Shown here one piece after another: positions 1-11,665 of a stretch of 64,000 nucleotides of DNA (its first letter is position 1; every line of letters begins with the position of its first letter). The notes under the pieces are model-generated. The model was given only the letters and a program-made list of their open reading frames with translations, made no database searches and had not been told where the DNA came from. The translations under genes and the position numbers were made by a program. This stretch comes from Blasia pusilla. Its lineage: Eukaryota. The DNA lies in the NCBI GenBank assembly GCA_050084515.1, contig CM114271.1:8928001-8992000 (forward strand), in the 5' to 3' direction.

Positions 1-504
1 AGTTTGTACAAACTCTCTGTCACCCCTGCATCAGCAAGACCAGAGTCCCCGGAGAAGTATGATTCCTTAAATCGTTTAGCAGCTGCAATTGCTCCAGCTC
101 TGAGTCCAGACCGTATTGTCCGGAACCCTGGCTCACCACTACTGCCTGGTGGTGAGCCGACAGGGGTGGCACTAGAACCTCCAAGCTCTTCCAATGCTGC
201 AACCTCGTTATTGTTTCCACTTGGCCGTCTTCGCCCTGATCCCCCTCGGCGGGGCCTTGTTGGGGGGGCTGGGGCAGCACTAGTTGAGGCGTCTCCAGAC
301 TTTCCAGCTGCTGCAGATGCCTGAGGTGGTGGAGATGCTAGCACGCTTTCTGAGACTATAAGAACATCAATTGCATGCACCACTCCTTCCTTTACAAACA
401 CTTTCGAAAAGACATCCCAAAGTTTCTGCATTAACATTTCAGCTATCTGCAATGCTGTAATGAGAATTGAGGCGTCCTTGGAAGCCAGGACACCAGCCAG
501 AAAG
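1..504 (-). CDS. UPL3: UPL3-like exon 8 (partial, open to the window edge)
   Basis: SFLAGVLASKDASILITALQIAEMLMQKLWDVFSKVFVKEGVVHAIDVLI...AKRFKESYF, open frame to position 1. Confidence 0.88.
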
Positions 505-609
505 CTGCACAAGACACATTTCATCAGATGGACACCACCAAAACCAGAGAGAAATCAACTCTGAACAAGAAAGGATCTCTGAGCTATGTGAACCAGAAGA
601 AAAGCACAC

Positions 610-731
610 CTTGATATGTTCGATTCTTTTAAAAGTGAACGCAACATCTCAGGTGTACTGAAGTGCAATAACTTGTGTGTGGCAGCAAGACACTTCTGTC
701 GAACAGGTGGATTAACACTCGATCCATATAC
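610..731 (-). CDS. UPL3: UPL3-like exon 7
   Basis: VYGSSVNPPVRQKCLAATHKLLHFSTPEMLRSLLKESNIS, followed by a phase-2 intron. Confidence 0.88.
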
Positions 732-834
732 CTGTGGGAAAATGCAGTTGTCCAAGTGATCAAAACAGAAGAAAATACAATCCACTAATCTTCTCGAACA
801 AAAATAGACCTCTTCAAATTTAGATATTGCTCAC

Positions 835-1092
835 CTGTACAAGAACTGGACAAAGATCCACCCCAAACTGTACAAGAAGTTCAGGCTTCTCACGAAGGAG
901 TTTTTCCCGTACTCCTACATCAGGCAAGGACCCTTGAACGGCATCCTCTGATTTACTTGGATTTGTCACCGTGGAGTACTTCCTTAAGGCTCTAGAGACA
1001 TTGCCACCATTCGATGTTGACACTCCAGAAGTTCCAACTGAATCTGGCATTGGTGGAAGTAGCTCGTTCACTAAGTTCACAATCTCGTAAAG
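835..1092 (-). CDS. UPL3: UPL3-like exon 6
   Basis: LYEIVNLVNELLPP...REKLLREKPELLVQFGVDLCPVLVQ, CAG/GT boundaries. Confidence 0.9.
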
Positions 1093-1455
1093 CTGCAGAC
1101 CAGAGGAGTTTTAAGAGTCAAGCATGAGCTTACACATCCATTCACACAAAAACACAGATACCTGGGCCCTCACATCGACAATGAGATTTTCCAGACCTTG
1201 TCATGGCCATCTAAACCATAGTAGACTCTTGCACCTGCTTGTGAAACTTAGAAAACACTCGAAGTTTTAACCTTTTCACATGACAATTGAACACAGCGGT
1301 AACAACTAGATTATCTTGTCATTTATTCTCTTTACCTAGCAGCATTGCACCATGGTCAGAAGGTTCCATCAAGACTTTTCCAGAAATGTAAGCACTAGGT
1401 TTAACCAAATAATCGCATCTCTATGACTTCCCCACCATAGTTAACTCTCACTAAC

Positions 1456-1620
1456 CTGCTCTGGAGGTCGGTTGACCGAAGGGGGAGACACAGATGTGCA
1501 AGATACAAGACCTGCCCCCGCAAGAATGTCCTTCAATATGCTACTAATCCGCAAGAGAAGAAGACTTTCAGCAGCAGCTGCGGATCCGCTTGCGCAAGTT
1601 GATAAGAGTCGTATTAGACC
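1456..1620 (-). CDS. UPL3: UPL3-like exon 5
   Basis: GLIRLLSTCASGS...SVNRPPEQ, CAG/GT boundaries. Confidence 0.9.
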
Positions 1621-1716
1621 CTGTAGGAACACAAGGAAGTCAATCACCCATCTGAGAAATGGTGCCAAAAACCCAGCACACCTGTATGGGCAAAATAGGA
1701 TAGCTGATGGACATAC

Positions 1717-1896
1717 CGTGAACGTTGATGTGCTTAGTGATGTCTGGGGAACCAAGCTTCCAGAAGAATTGCCAACAGATATGAGACGAGCTGTTTGAGG
1801 AATTAAACCATGAGAGCAAAGCGTGTCCAGTTTTTCAGGAGAGGCTGCAAATGATTCTGCGATCCGTGTAAGACAGACTGAGGCATGCTCAACCAC
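1717..1896 (-). CDS. UPL3: UPL3-like exon 4
   Basis: VVEHASVCLTRIAESFAASPEKLDTLCSHGLI...SLSTSTFT, CAG/GT boundaries. Confidence 0.9.
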
Positions 1897-1995
1897 CTGT
1901 TGATGAAAAGTAGAACCGTGTGAGAATCCAGAAGATGGGTAGTTCACTGTAACTCGTTATAATACATTGGTTTGTTTGTCATCTATCAAGAGTAC

Positions 1996-2112
1996 CTTGG
2001 CATCTTGATATTGCAAGAGGTTGGTCAAAATGGGTACAGCCTCTGTGACAAAGTCCGATGCATCAGAAGGTAACTGACGGCAAATATTCGCAGCAGTTGA
2101 GACTGCAACTCT
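1996..2112 (-). CDS. UPL3: UPL3-like exon 3
   Basis: RVAVSTAANICRQLPSDASDFVTEAVPILTNLLQYQDAK, CAG/GT boundaries. Confidence 0.9.
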
Positions 2113-2355
2113 CTGAGAACAGAAAGAATAGACGTCAAAAATCAGTAATATGATCATACAAGGCATCTCCCCAACATTGGAACTGGACACATTCACAACA
2201 TACCCTATTTTGGCCCTAACTCTATCAGGCAAAGGTTCCTTCCTTGCCCTTCTTATAGAACTCGATAGTCTATAAGATCGCATCTTCCAACACAACCTAA
2301 CAACTACAGGTTATACAGATTCTACTCATCAGACAGGGAAGCTCGAGAGGCTTAC

Positions 2356-2466
2356 TTGAACTCCGGTTGAGAAGAAGTCTAGATAAGACAACACAGCAAT
2401 TAGTGTGCCAGCTCGGAGGCAGGCGGTTGGATGCTCGTGAGAGATCTTCTCAAGAGCTTGCAAAGA
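2356..2466 (-). CDS. UPL3: UPL3-like exon 2
   Basis: SLQALEKISHEHPTACLRAGTLIAVLSYLDFFSTGVQ, bounded by AG and GT, in phase. Confidence 0.9.
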
Positions 2467-2917
2467 CTGCATGATGAAGAAACCAATCCACAGTCAACAT
2501 ACTATCGCTCATCTTCTCAAACAGCATTTCCAACAAGGTGAGAGAAAAATGCGCAACCCTGACATACATGAGATGATCAACTTGCCACACGTATTACTTA
2601 CTCCAACCAACAGGAAGCAAACATGACAGAGCTAGAACCAGGAACGGGAGATAACCACAGAAATTCCCTTAGAATTGAGCTCGATTATGATAGCTAAAGA
2701 GGGATTCGGGCCATCCCATAATCCCTCCCACAACAGAGATGGAAGGGGCCATCAGGCAAGCGAACAAAATCATTTTCAACCCAATTTGATCAATCAAAAG
2801 GCTGCTCCCGATGTGGGCATAACTTGATCCGGGCTCGGAGGTGAACAATCCTACAACAGAAGTCCACTCACAGCTCATGAAAAACAAACAACGTGAGAAG
2901 GGCACAGGTTGATTGAC

Positions 2918-3802
2918 CTGTTCTGCCAAATCGATATACTCAATAGTCAAAAGGCGAGCGCAAAAGCACGGAACAGCTCCGTAGTGAACCACGGCTGCAC
3001 ATGAAGATGGCAGCACATCACACAAATGGGTCAAGGCACGGGCTGCCAGTAGCATCATGTCCGGATTGTACTCATAATTGAGAAGCCCCACCAACACCGG
3101 AACAAAGGAGTCTACGGAGAAGCTGCTGAGCGACTCTTCCGTTCCGATCGACAGCAATTCACACAGTTGAGATAAGGAATCTAGTTGCCGCCCCTCCTCT
3201 CCTTCAGCACGGAGCCCAGAGAGAATTCGTTTCAACCTGCTGTTCTGATGAGATGATGGAGTGGATGACGGCAAGAGGTCGTCCAATCCTGCCCCGAGCT
3301 TTCTCAATAAACCATGGAGCGCGCTACTGGCGGATGCTAGATTCTGGTGAAGAGAACTACCACCTTCCCCATCATGGTCATCGTCCCCTGCGCTGGCAGC
3401 TGCGAGTGCTCTATCTCTATCCCGTGTCCGCTCCTTCTCCTTGTCGGGTTCTTTCTCCTTTCCTTTCTCTGCTTCTCTATCCTTGTTCTCTTTTTCCTTA
3501 TCCGCTAATCGATCTTCTTCTTTTTCAGGTTCCTTCTTCGAACCTTTATCTTGGGTACGCTTCGAACCAGACGCTGACGAATCGAGACCAGAATCCATGA
3601 CAGATACAGACGTAGAAGGTACTGAGACAGGGGTAGCAGGGGCTTGAGCGCGAGTGGAAGGACGTGAACGCGGAGGCGCGAAGGATGCAGAGGCTGATGA
3701 GGTCGAGTTCGCTGAAACACGCGCGCGCTTAGACCTTGAAGGCGTGGCAGGGGATGGCCGATGCGACGTGGCCTCCGCCCGCTTGCGGCTGCGCGTTTCC
3801 AT
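2918..3802 (-). CDS. UPL3: E3 ubiquitin-protein ligase UPL3/KAKTUS-like (HECT, ARM repeats), coding exon 1 of at least 8; gene continues off the left edge
   Basis: Starts METRSRKRAEA; contains LHQNLASASSALHGLLRKLGAGLDDLLPSS and LSQLCELLSIGTEESLSSFSVDSFVPVLVGLL...CFCARLLTIEYIDLAEQ, typical of plant UPL3; GT donor at 2917-2916. Confidence 0.93.
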
Positions 3803-4765
3803 AAAACTACCCTCCCCCGTCTTTCTCCCCCTCACCTCTCTCTCCCCCTCTCATACATTTTCTCGATCCTGTCACTTTCCTCGTCCTTCTTCCCACTCCC
3901 TCCCTCGCCCCAATTCCCCTTTCCACTTTTATGATCACAATTCCTCACCGCTTTCTCGATGGCTTGGTTCCTTCTCTCTTCACCCGACGTATCGTGTCAA
4001 CACAACTCAAATCGTCCCACCGCCACACCGCCGCTACGCTCGACGCGCAACGAAACAAATGGTCACTCCGCCCTCCGATCCTTGCCTGTTCTTCTGTTTC
4101 TATGCACTCTTTCTCCTCTTCTGTCTTCCCTCCTCCTTCGCACTTGCCCTACCTCGTCTGTCTACTCTCTCTCTTTTCTCTCCTGTGCAACCCTCACCTC
4201 CGGCACTCTCCTGCTGGCTCGAGGCTCTCCGGAGCCTATGATGGAAAGAATGCAGGAGATGTAGCCAAAAACCCGTCCCCCACTCCTCCATCAGACAGCA
4301 AACGTAGGGAATTTCCCCAAGGTGGCGAGCCGCCTCCCTAGCCTAGTTAGCTGCGAATGACCGACTGCCGGACATCCCGGAACTCCGTCCCATGCCATCC
4401 CCTGCCTGCCATTCCATCCATCCCTGCAACTAGATGCCCAGCGGAACTGCACAATGACCTGACTGAGGGTATCTTGAATCCGATCTACACCGTCCGTTGT
4501 TCAACCTGAGTTCAAAAATTTTGCGATAGAATCTTATTGATTCTTGGTATCTTATGATCTGAAACCGTCAACCTTGTGAATCGGATGCTCTAAACACGCT
4601 TTCAGTAAACAACATTTGGCCATTTGTTGTGTCGATACTAGAGAATTCGATCGTTCTCCTAATAAATCTAACTCCTCCCCTCATTTGAAAACAAGGTATA
4701 ACTAGTAAGGTGCAAGAATAGATGATATTTAATTCTTTATGTGCATAAAAAAATAGTAGTTTATT

Positions 4766-5128
4766 TCAATCTAGTGTTTCTTTACACACTACATGTTGCG
4801 TGAAGGCATCTTCAGTATTTGAATGTTCGTCGTTTCCAATCATAACGTGGATGGAACTTCTCTTTCCTTCTCTAAATAATACTACGTACAATTGACCATA
4901 AGAGAATATGGCAGTAGGCAAGTAAATTCCAACATTTTTAAAAGTTTGACCTTGAGACTTATTGATAGTCATAGCAAAAGCTCCACAAATAGGGAATTGA
5001 AACCTACGGAAATCAATTGGCGAGCCAAAATCAGATGCAATCAATGAGAGGCGTGGAATAAAAACCTGATCTCCAATATTCTTCCCCGTGATGATTTCAG
5101 CATGTATGCAATGTTGCATGCTCCGCAA
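4766..5128 (-). pseudogene. Helitron PIF1-like helicase C-terminal remnant
   Basis: RFQFPICGAFAMTINKSQGQTFKNVGIYLPTAIFSYGQLYV matches PIF1 motifs V/VI. Confidence 0.85.
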
Positions 5129-5139
5129 ATCATAAATCT

Positions 5140-6151
5140 TGTTATGAGCCTACTCTTCTTGAACGTCAATTTTTAGTACTGCGGAAGCGTACGTTTAATA
5201 GGACACGCTCTTACTATTGATTTGCACCCAAATACACTCACGTTAGTCTGGTTTGGATCAATCAACCTTCCAACTCACCAAGTTCTCAACTCGGTACTCC
5301 ATCAAGCTCAACCTTCCTTGTTCCTAGGTTTCCAACACGAGCAAGTCTTCCAGGACTTGGGACAGACTTTCTCGACAGTCCATGCACCTAAAACATCGTT
5401 CACATGCCTAGCGATCCTAACTCTCCAATGAACCTCGCATGAGCCCAAACCGAGACTCAACTAAATGAGTCACGGGTTGGAATCCAATAGGGACCTCCAA
5501 AATCCACTCTATTGGACCTGGTTCGGATTTCGAGTCCCAACGCCAAACTCCGGATCCATTCCGTACCCTTGGATCGCCCCGTAGTGCCCCAAAATGGGAT
5601 TTGAGTTCCAAACACTCTTGGATACCTTTCCCCTCACTAGTACTTTTGGGGTTCTCCGCCCTCCCCCTAACTTTGGGAAAGAGATGTTCGGGCCCCTCTT
5701 TTAGATCCTCAATCCAACTCGTTGTACAATTGTTTTTGGGCAGTTTCTCAACCTCTTCTTATGCGTTTGTTGAAATCTTTCATATGTTGGAACCAACTTC
5801 GCATAAGCTTTCCAACGCCATCTTACTTGTCCCAAATACATCTTGAGACTACAAGTTATGGTCCAAAATACATTCAAAACCCCAAACGCTAGTCATGTTC
5901 CAAATCCGGTTCTCACCTCTTTGGCAACCACTCTTCCTAGACTCAACTCCTCTCAACTCTTGGTTCAAATTTGGTTTAGGTTCCTAGTTACGGCCATAAA
6001 TGCATAAAATGCTCAAACTTTTTCGCGTCTCATTTCTTGTGTTTCTTGCGTCTCTTCCAAGAGACCTTTCTAGTGCGCAACCATCCTAGCGTGAATCCGC
6101 TAGAGTTTTGATGTTCCGTTGGGCGCTCATTTGGTTATGAGGGTTGTGACA
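5140..6151 (-). mobile_element. Diverged solo LTR related to the chromovirus at 41216-48584
   Basis: TG...CA ends, 5-bp TSD AATCT (5135-5139 and 6152-6156), collinear with the LTR at 41216-42215. Confidence 0.85.
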
Positions 6152-6539
6152 AATCTAGTCCCATTTGTTGGTCCCTCTGACCCATTCATGTGTCAGAGAG
6201 CATGATTGGTGCGCCAACCTTCAAACACAAACGATGTGGAGGTAATCTAGAAGGCAAGCATGTGTTGAGATTTTAGTGGGATATATATGACTCCTCGCCT
6301 CATTTATTATAGAGTCAACGCTAAGGTAAATATGTTCTTGTACACAATATATCATGAATTAGTTAGAAGTAGTAATGATTGGTTAGTATCCAAATCTTAA
6401 AAAAAAAGTTTCCTAAAGAAAATATGTAGAATAGGTATTACCTACCCAAAAAATTAAGACATACTGTCAACATTTATATCATTAACATCTCCATTTCTCG
6501 GCGTCAAAATAGCTATATCTCTTAAGAAGTCAATGTCAT

Positions 6540-7020
6540 GGAATTAGCTAGGAAAAATTCCATGGATAAGATCAATAAGATTACATATCTTATTACTATT
6601 GGTAACCATTTCAGATGGTAACCTTATGAAGTCTTCTCCAAAATGACGGTGCAAAGGTACACGACCCTCTCCTACCTCCAATAACCAATCAATTAATAAT
6701 ATTAATAATAATGCTTGTTGTTGAGCACACATATGACCTTCCAAACTTTGAACTCGCATGTTTGTTGTTAACTTCATCACTTTTATATAGGACCATAGAG
6801 ATGATCTCTTTATAGTGGATTGGATAATTTTTTGACAGTCCCCATGTCAAACAACATGCAATACTTAACGAAAGTCACCACCAAATATCACCAATTTTTG
6901 GCCAAATGGTATTTATCAAATATCAGAAGAGATCACTCCCATAATATCTTGTAAAGTATGATTTACTACCTCAAATGCATGACGAGGAGTCATATTCATC
7001 CCATATAACAAGCATTGCAA
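6540..7020 (-). pseudogene. Helitron PIF1-like helicase remnant (motifs II-III region)
   Basis: Minus strand reads LVIWDE / MTPRHAFEVVNHTLQDIM / PFGQKLVIFGGDFR* / LWSYIKVMKLTTNMRVQ, with stops and frameshifts. Confidence 0.75.
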
Positions 7021-7879
7021 CACCAATTGATCTTTGGGGAAAGCTCCAACCCGTCGGAGTCCGACTGGGTTGCATTCTTTTTCTTGAGCTAGTCAAAACT
7101 CTATGGTAGGGAGCTAGGCGTGGGGGGAAGTAGCAACCCATCGGACTCCAATGGGTTGCGGCTTTACCCCTTATCTAACTCTATAAGGAATGGTTGGGAA
7201 GTGACCTTCACTCCCCGCCTCCATCCTTCGATGTGCAGTGGTCTTGGATCCCAAGACCCTTCTTAGCCTTAATTGGTTTTGACACGTCTTTTTGAATTGC
7301 GTAGGTAATTTTAAACATATCGTGTCTCGCTCGAAGGATTTTGGTGAAGAAGCCTTGGATGATTTCACAAGCTTGTAGTATTTATTCTGCGCCTTCAAGT
7401 ATATCGGATTGGTTTTGGAAAGCGCATCGGTCATTGTATATTTGACTTTGATTTCCTCCATGAATAGAATTGATATATATCAATCAATTTTTAGGCGCCT
7501 TCAACCTGATAGTTGAAAAGCGGCGCCGGCTCCTCCTTTCATTGGCTTTCACTGGACAAAGGCAGCATAGAGACCGTAAATGAGAAAAGGCTGAAAGACC
7601 GAGAGGTCGGAAATTGTAAAGCCTATCCTAGAGTTTGCACTAGCTTAAGATTAAAAAAAAATGCAGCCCGTCGGACTCCGACACGTTGTGGATTTCCCAA
7701 AAGTTCCTCTACCATACCTGCTATTTGAAGGCGAAAGGTGCAACTTGTCTGAGTCCGACAAGTTGCAAGCGGAGAATACTTCTTTTCAAATGTGAATTCT
7801 TTAAGGTTAAGTTGGAGCTTATAGGATCCTTCAAGAGCTTTTTTGCAACCTATAAAAAACCGTCGGGTTGCATGTGATA

Positions 7880-9913
7880 TGAATTCTAAGAGAGGATTGA
7901 ACATTGCAAGATCGTTTCAGAAGGGAATATGATGCACTACTAGATCCAAGAATGCAATTGAGTGAAGAAGATGCATATATTACAATGCACCTTGCACAAT
8001 ACAAGGGATTTCTCGGAGAAGAATTGGTGGACGAGATTCTCGCGAAAGGAGCACAAATAAAGAAGAAGACTTGGGCAAACACCTTCATTTCACAAGATGC
8101 TAGAGTGATCATTCTTTTCTGGTCTAAAATCCAGGTAGCTAAGAGAAGTGCTCAACTAGAGTTGGAGCATAGGGAGAAGGTTACAAAGGCGAAGTGATCA
8201 AAATTCTTCCACGCTATAGTGTCGGTGGCGACAAAATATACAACCAACAAGATGGAGAGGTACATTGCTATGTTGAACCTCGACCTAAGCCCAAACTTCT
8301 ACAAGGAGTTGAAGGCCATTATCAAATGCCAACAAAAGAGGGACAAAGATCCCCATGCACGCATAGGAGGAGAGAAGATGTCCCTTGATCGCGTGCACAG
8401 GTTTGCTCTATGAGGGCTTTTAAGAATTCAGGAGAATCAAACTGATGAAATCAGACTTGAGGGGACGGAGGTAGAGAAGAAGGCGGTACACCACCCAGCG
8501 GGGTTTTTGGACCATGTCATCTCTCAATGGCTGAGAGAATGGTCCTTCAAGGATGCATTGAGGGTGCTCAGAAAATCTATGATTGGTAGTCTTGAAGCAG
8601 AGCTCCAGAAGATTGATCCAGTTCCGGAAGAGGCCGACCTCAAGTCAACTTTGGATTACAAACTTCGGCTAGAGGACGCTCGTGATAAGTCGGAGAAAAA
8701 CCTGAGATTCTGGCTTATTTTCCAAAAATAGATTGTTTTGCAAGGGAATGTTGAGAAAAGGAGATAGGCAACCCCAAAAAGAGGGATTTTTCGAAGAAGA
8801 AGACAAATATTCTAGAGCAAGCGGTTGAGTCCTCCCACCAAAAAGAAGCACAAAGGATGATGTATAGGTTCCTCGTATTCAATGTGAATGTAGGTACTTG
8901 GAGCAAGTATCCGACCACCTGCAAATTTTGGGCTACAATTGGAAATGGAGATGGATTCTCCATGTATGACGTGGACATGGCTTAAGAGATAACAAAGTAG
9001 GAGGTCCTTAATTGTCAAATTTGGTTGGAATACAATGACCCAGAGGAGATTAGCGATGACAAGCTGAGATCCTTCCATGATGCACTTGGTGCAGGCAACG
9101 AGGAGATCCCCAACCTCTTGAAGTTTGAGGAGTACTTTGCAGGTGATGTAGAGGAGCAGGCTCTTGAGAGCACTGGTCTGGTGTCCAAGGTAGTCATAGC
9201 CAAGGATAAGTCACAACGGGTCTCAAGGTGAAGGCGAGGGATCCAGGCAGTATGAGGCTAGATCATCGAGGCGGGAAGGACGGGCAAGGGGTGCTAAGAA
9301 ATAGACGTCTATTGATTTAGAGATTACCAAGACCCTGACACTCAGGCAACCAATTCGCGAAAAGCAAAAATGTGAGATGCCACGTTCCTTAGAGTTAGGA
9401 AAAAAATGTGTCCAATACTCTCCATCATCCTTGGGCAAGCCGAGGGACGGCGCAAGGAGGAGCAAAATCCTCCAACATCAGACCTTGCTCTTGGATGAAC
9501 TTGATAAATTCTTGAGTTAGGAGTCCACCGCTGCCCTCGAGAAGCTGACAGTCTTGGGACGAAAGCTTCTTCGAAACGACCATGCCCCATGGAGTGTGAA
9601 TTAGGTAGTTGATGATGTTGTTGTGGACCTCCTCATTGCAAACTTGCCATCCGGATTCAGGTTGTGGGATGATAACCCACAAGACATCGTCCCAGATTGG
9701 AACATCGCTCTCACTTTTAACTAGATTGCGTTGTTGTTTTCCTTCACCAACGCGTACATAAGTGACAAGGGATGTTTCCTTGTTTTGACTAGAGGAAGTG
9801 AAGACCAGCTCTTCAACCTTCAATGCGTTAGGAGATCACTCAAGTGGCAGATGGCACGGTCTTGGGTAGTCCGGAATGACTACCCCTTGAGGTCTCCAAC
9901 AAATCAACTCCAA
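7880..9913 (+). pseudogene. Long accessory ORF of the Mutator-like element, ending in a degenerate amino-methyltransferase-like N-terminal half
   Basis: Collinear ORF pieces broken by stops and frameshifts; VDLLIANLPSG (9623-9655) and NAYISDKGCFLVL resemble motifs IV and VI; GTAAGT donor at 9914. Confidence 0.5.
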
Positions 9914-10548
9914 GTAAGTTATGAAAAAAATTGGCAACACGACTACAACCTATCAGATTCAAATGGGTTGCACATATGTTAAGTTTTTTATTTATCTTTT
10001 CGCAGCCCGTTGGATTTGTACGCCCTTCATAAGTGGCTCCCATGTGTGTTAGATACTTTTGGGACTCTAGTTAGGTGAGTAGAAGGAGCTAGAACAACAA
10101 TCTGCAATTTAAATGGGATCATTGGTGCTATTTGGACCAAGATGGTGGCAGCTCACAAATCAGATTGGGATAGGAAATTAGCTTCAGCTGTCCATGCTTA
10201 CAACACAGCTGAGAAGAGTACAACAGGGAAAAGTCCCTACTTCTTGGTGTATGGGCAGAACCCTCTCTCGGTAGTAGAGTTGGAGTTGAAGACTGACCAT
10301 ACTCTAGAAGGGCACTTCCAACCTGAAGGTGGCATAGATAGCAGGCTGGATATGATTGATGCCCTAGAGGAGGACAGTAAAGGCAAAGATTAGAGAAGAC
10401 CAAGGTCGTTCAAAGAACAAAGGAAGATGAGGTTTGATAACCGAATACGGCATGATCCAAAGTGAAGGAGGGGGACATGGTGTCGATGTATGATAGTTTC
10501 GACCCCAAAAGTTTCAGAAAGTCGCACATTTGATCGCTTGGGCCTTAT

Positions 10549-10890
10549 CGGGTGAAGCGCATCCAAGGGAGTGATGAGAGCAGGTGGAGTCAAGAGCATC
10601 CGGGAGTGATGAGATCAGGTGAAGAGCATCCAGGGAGTGATGAGAGCGGTGGAGTCAAGAGCATCCAAGGGAGTGATGAGATCAGGTGAAGAGCATCCAG
10701 GGGAGTGATGAGAGCAGGTGGAGCTGAAGAGCATCCAGGGGAGTGATGAGATCAGGTGAAGAGCATCCAAGGAAGTGATGAGAGCAGGTGGAGCTGAAGA
10801 GCATCCAAGGGAGTGATGAGAGCAGGTGGAGCTGAAGAGCATCCAGGGGAGTAATGAGAGCAGGTGGAGCTGAAGAGCATCCAAGGGAAG
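10549..10890 (+). repeat. Minisatellite of mixed 38-bp and 32-bp units in the LTR
   Basis: Units GTGATGAGAGCAGGTGGAGCTGAAGAGCATCCAAGGGA and GTGATGAGATCAGGTGAAGAGCATCCAGGGGA. Confidence 0.95.
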
Positions 10891-11663
10891 CTCGAACCAG
10901 CTTGAGAAGAAGCAAGCATGGGAAGAATGTAAAGGTAGGTCTTACCTTCAAGCATGTCCAAGAGACAAGTCGAGCCTATGCCATCAATGCTGCTCAAGAG
11001 ACTTTAGTTAGGACACGTTCAGAAGTAGATGAGGTAGAAATTTCAGGCAGTAGATGCCTTGGAGTAGATGCTTAGGGGGAGGTAGATTTGTAGGAAGGTA
11101 GGAACCCAGAATGCCAGAGAAGCCCAAGTGGGAAGAGGGCTCTCAGCTTCACTTATAAATACTCTGTTGGGTTTGCTTGAAGGCGAGCATATACATGCTG
11201 TTGGCTAGTAGACAATTGATCTCTTGAGCCAAGCTAACCAGCAGAGTTATGTGCTCCTAGATCTAGGAAGTGTGTAGTGTGCTTGAAGGGGGCTGAGACT
11301 AAGAAGGTCTCCCATGTACTCGATGATTTTATGATACACAGAAGGTAGCCCAGTGAAATGAGTTCACTCCATTGCCCTCAGAGATCTGAGTATGTGCATG
11401 ATTGAGTGATGAGTTGGGGGGCTTGATGAAGGGAGATTCTTGGAGCTGATTCAATTGATCATTCAAAAGTGTAGTGAGTGGACAAGAGGTTGTACCAGTA
11501 GAGGGGAGGCAAGCTTGGGTTCCAAGATTGTGCTCCACCAAGGTATGCTTGGAAAGCTTGTTGTTCTGCCCACCTAAGCTTGGCCTTTGACACCAATCAC
11601 TGATTATTTCTAGGGTGTGACAACCTGGACTTCCAAGTCTGGTAAGTGATAAGAGTTAGTGAG

Positions 11664-11665
<2 letters not shown>

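Noticed and set aside
2669-3835. 388-aa ORF as a complete single-exon protein
   Set aside because: Similarity to UPL3 begins at the ATG at 3802 and ends at the GT donor at 2917; the rest is UTR and intron read-through
10615-10997. Repetitive short ORFs (LPWMLFSSTCSHHS...) as genes
   Set aside because: Translation artefacts of the LTR minisatellite
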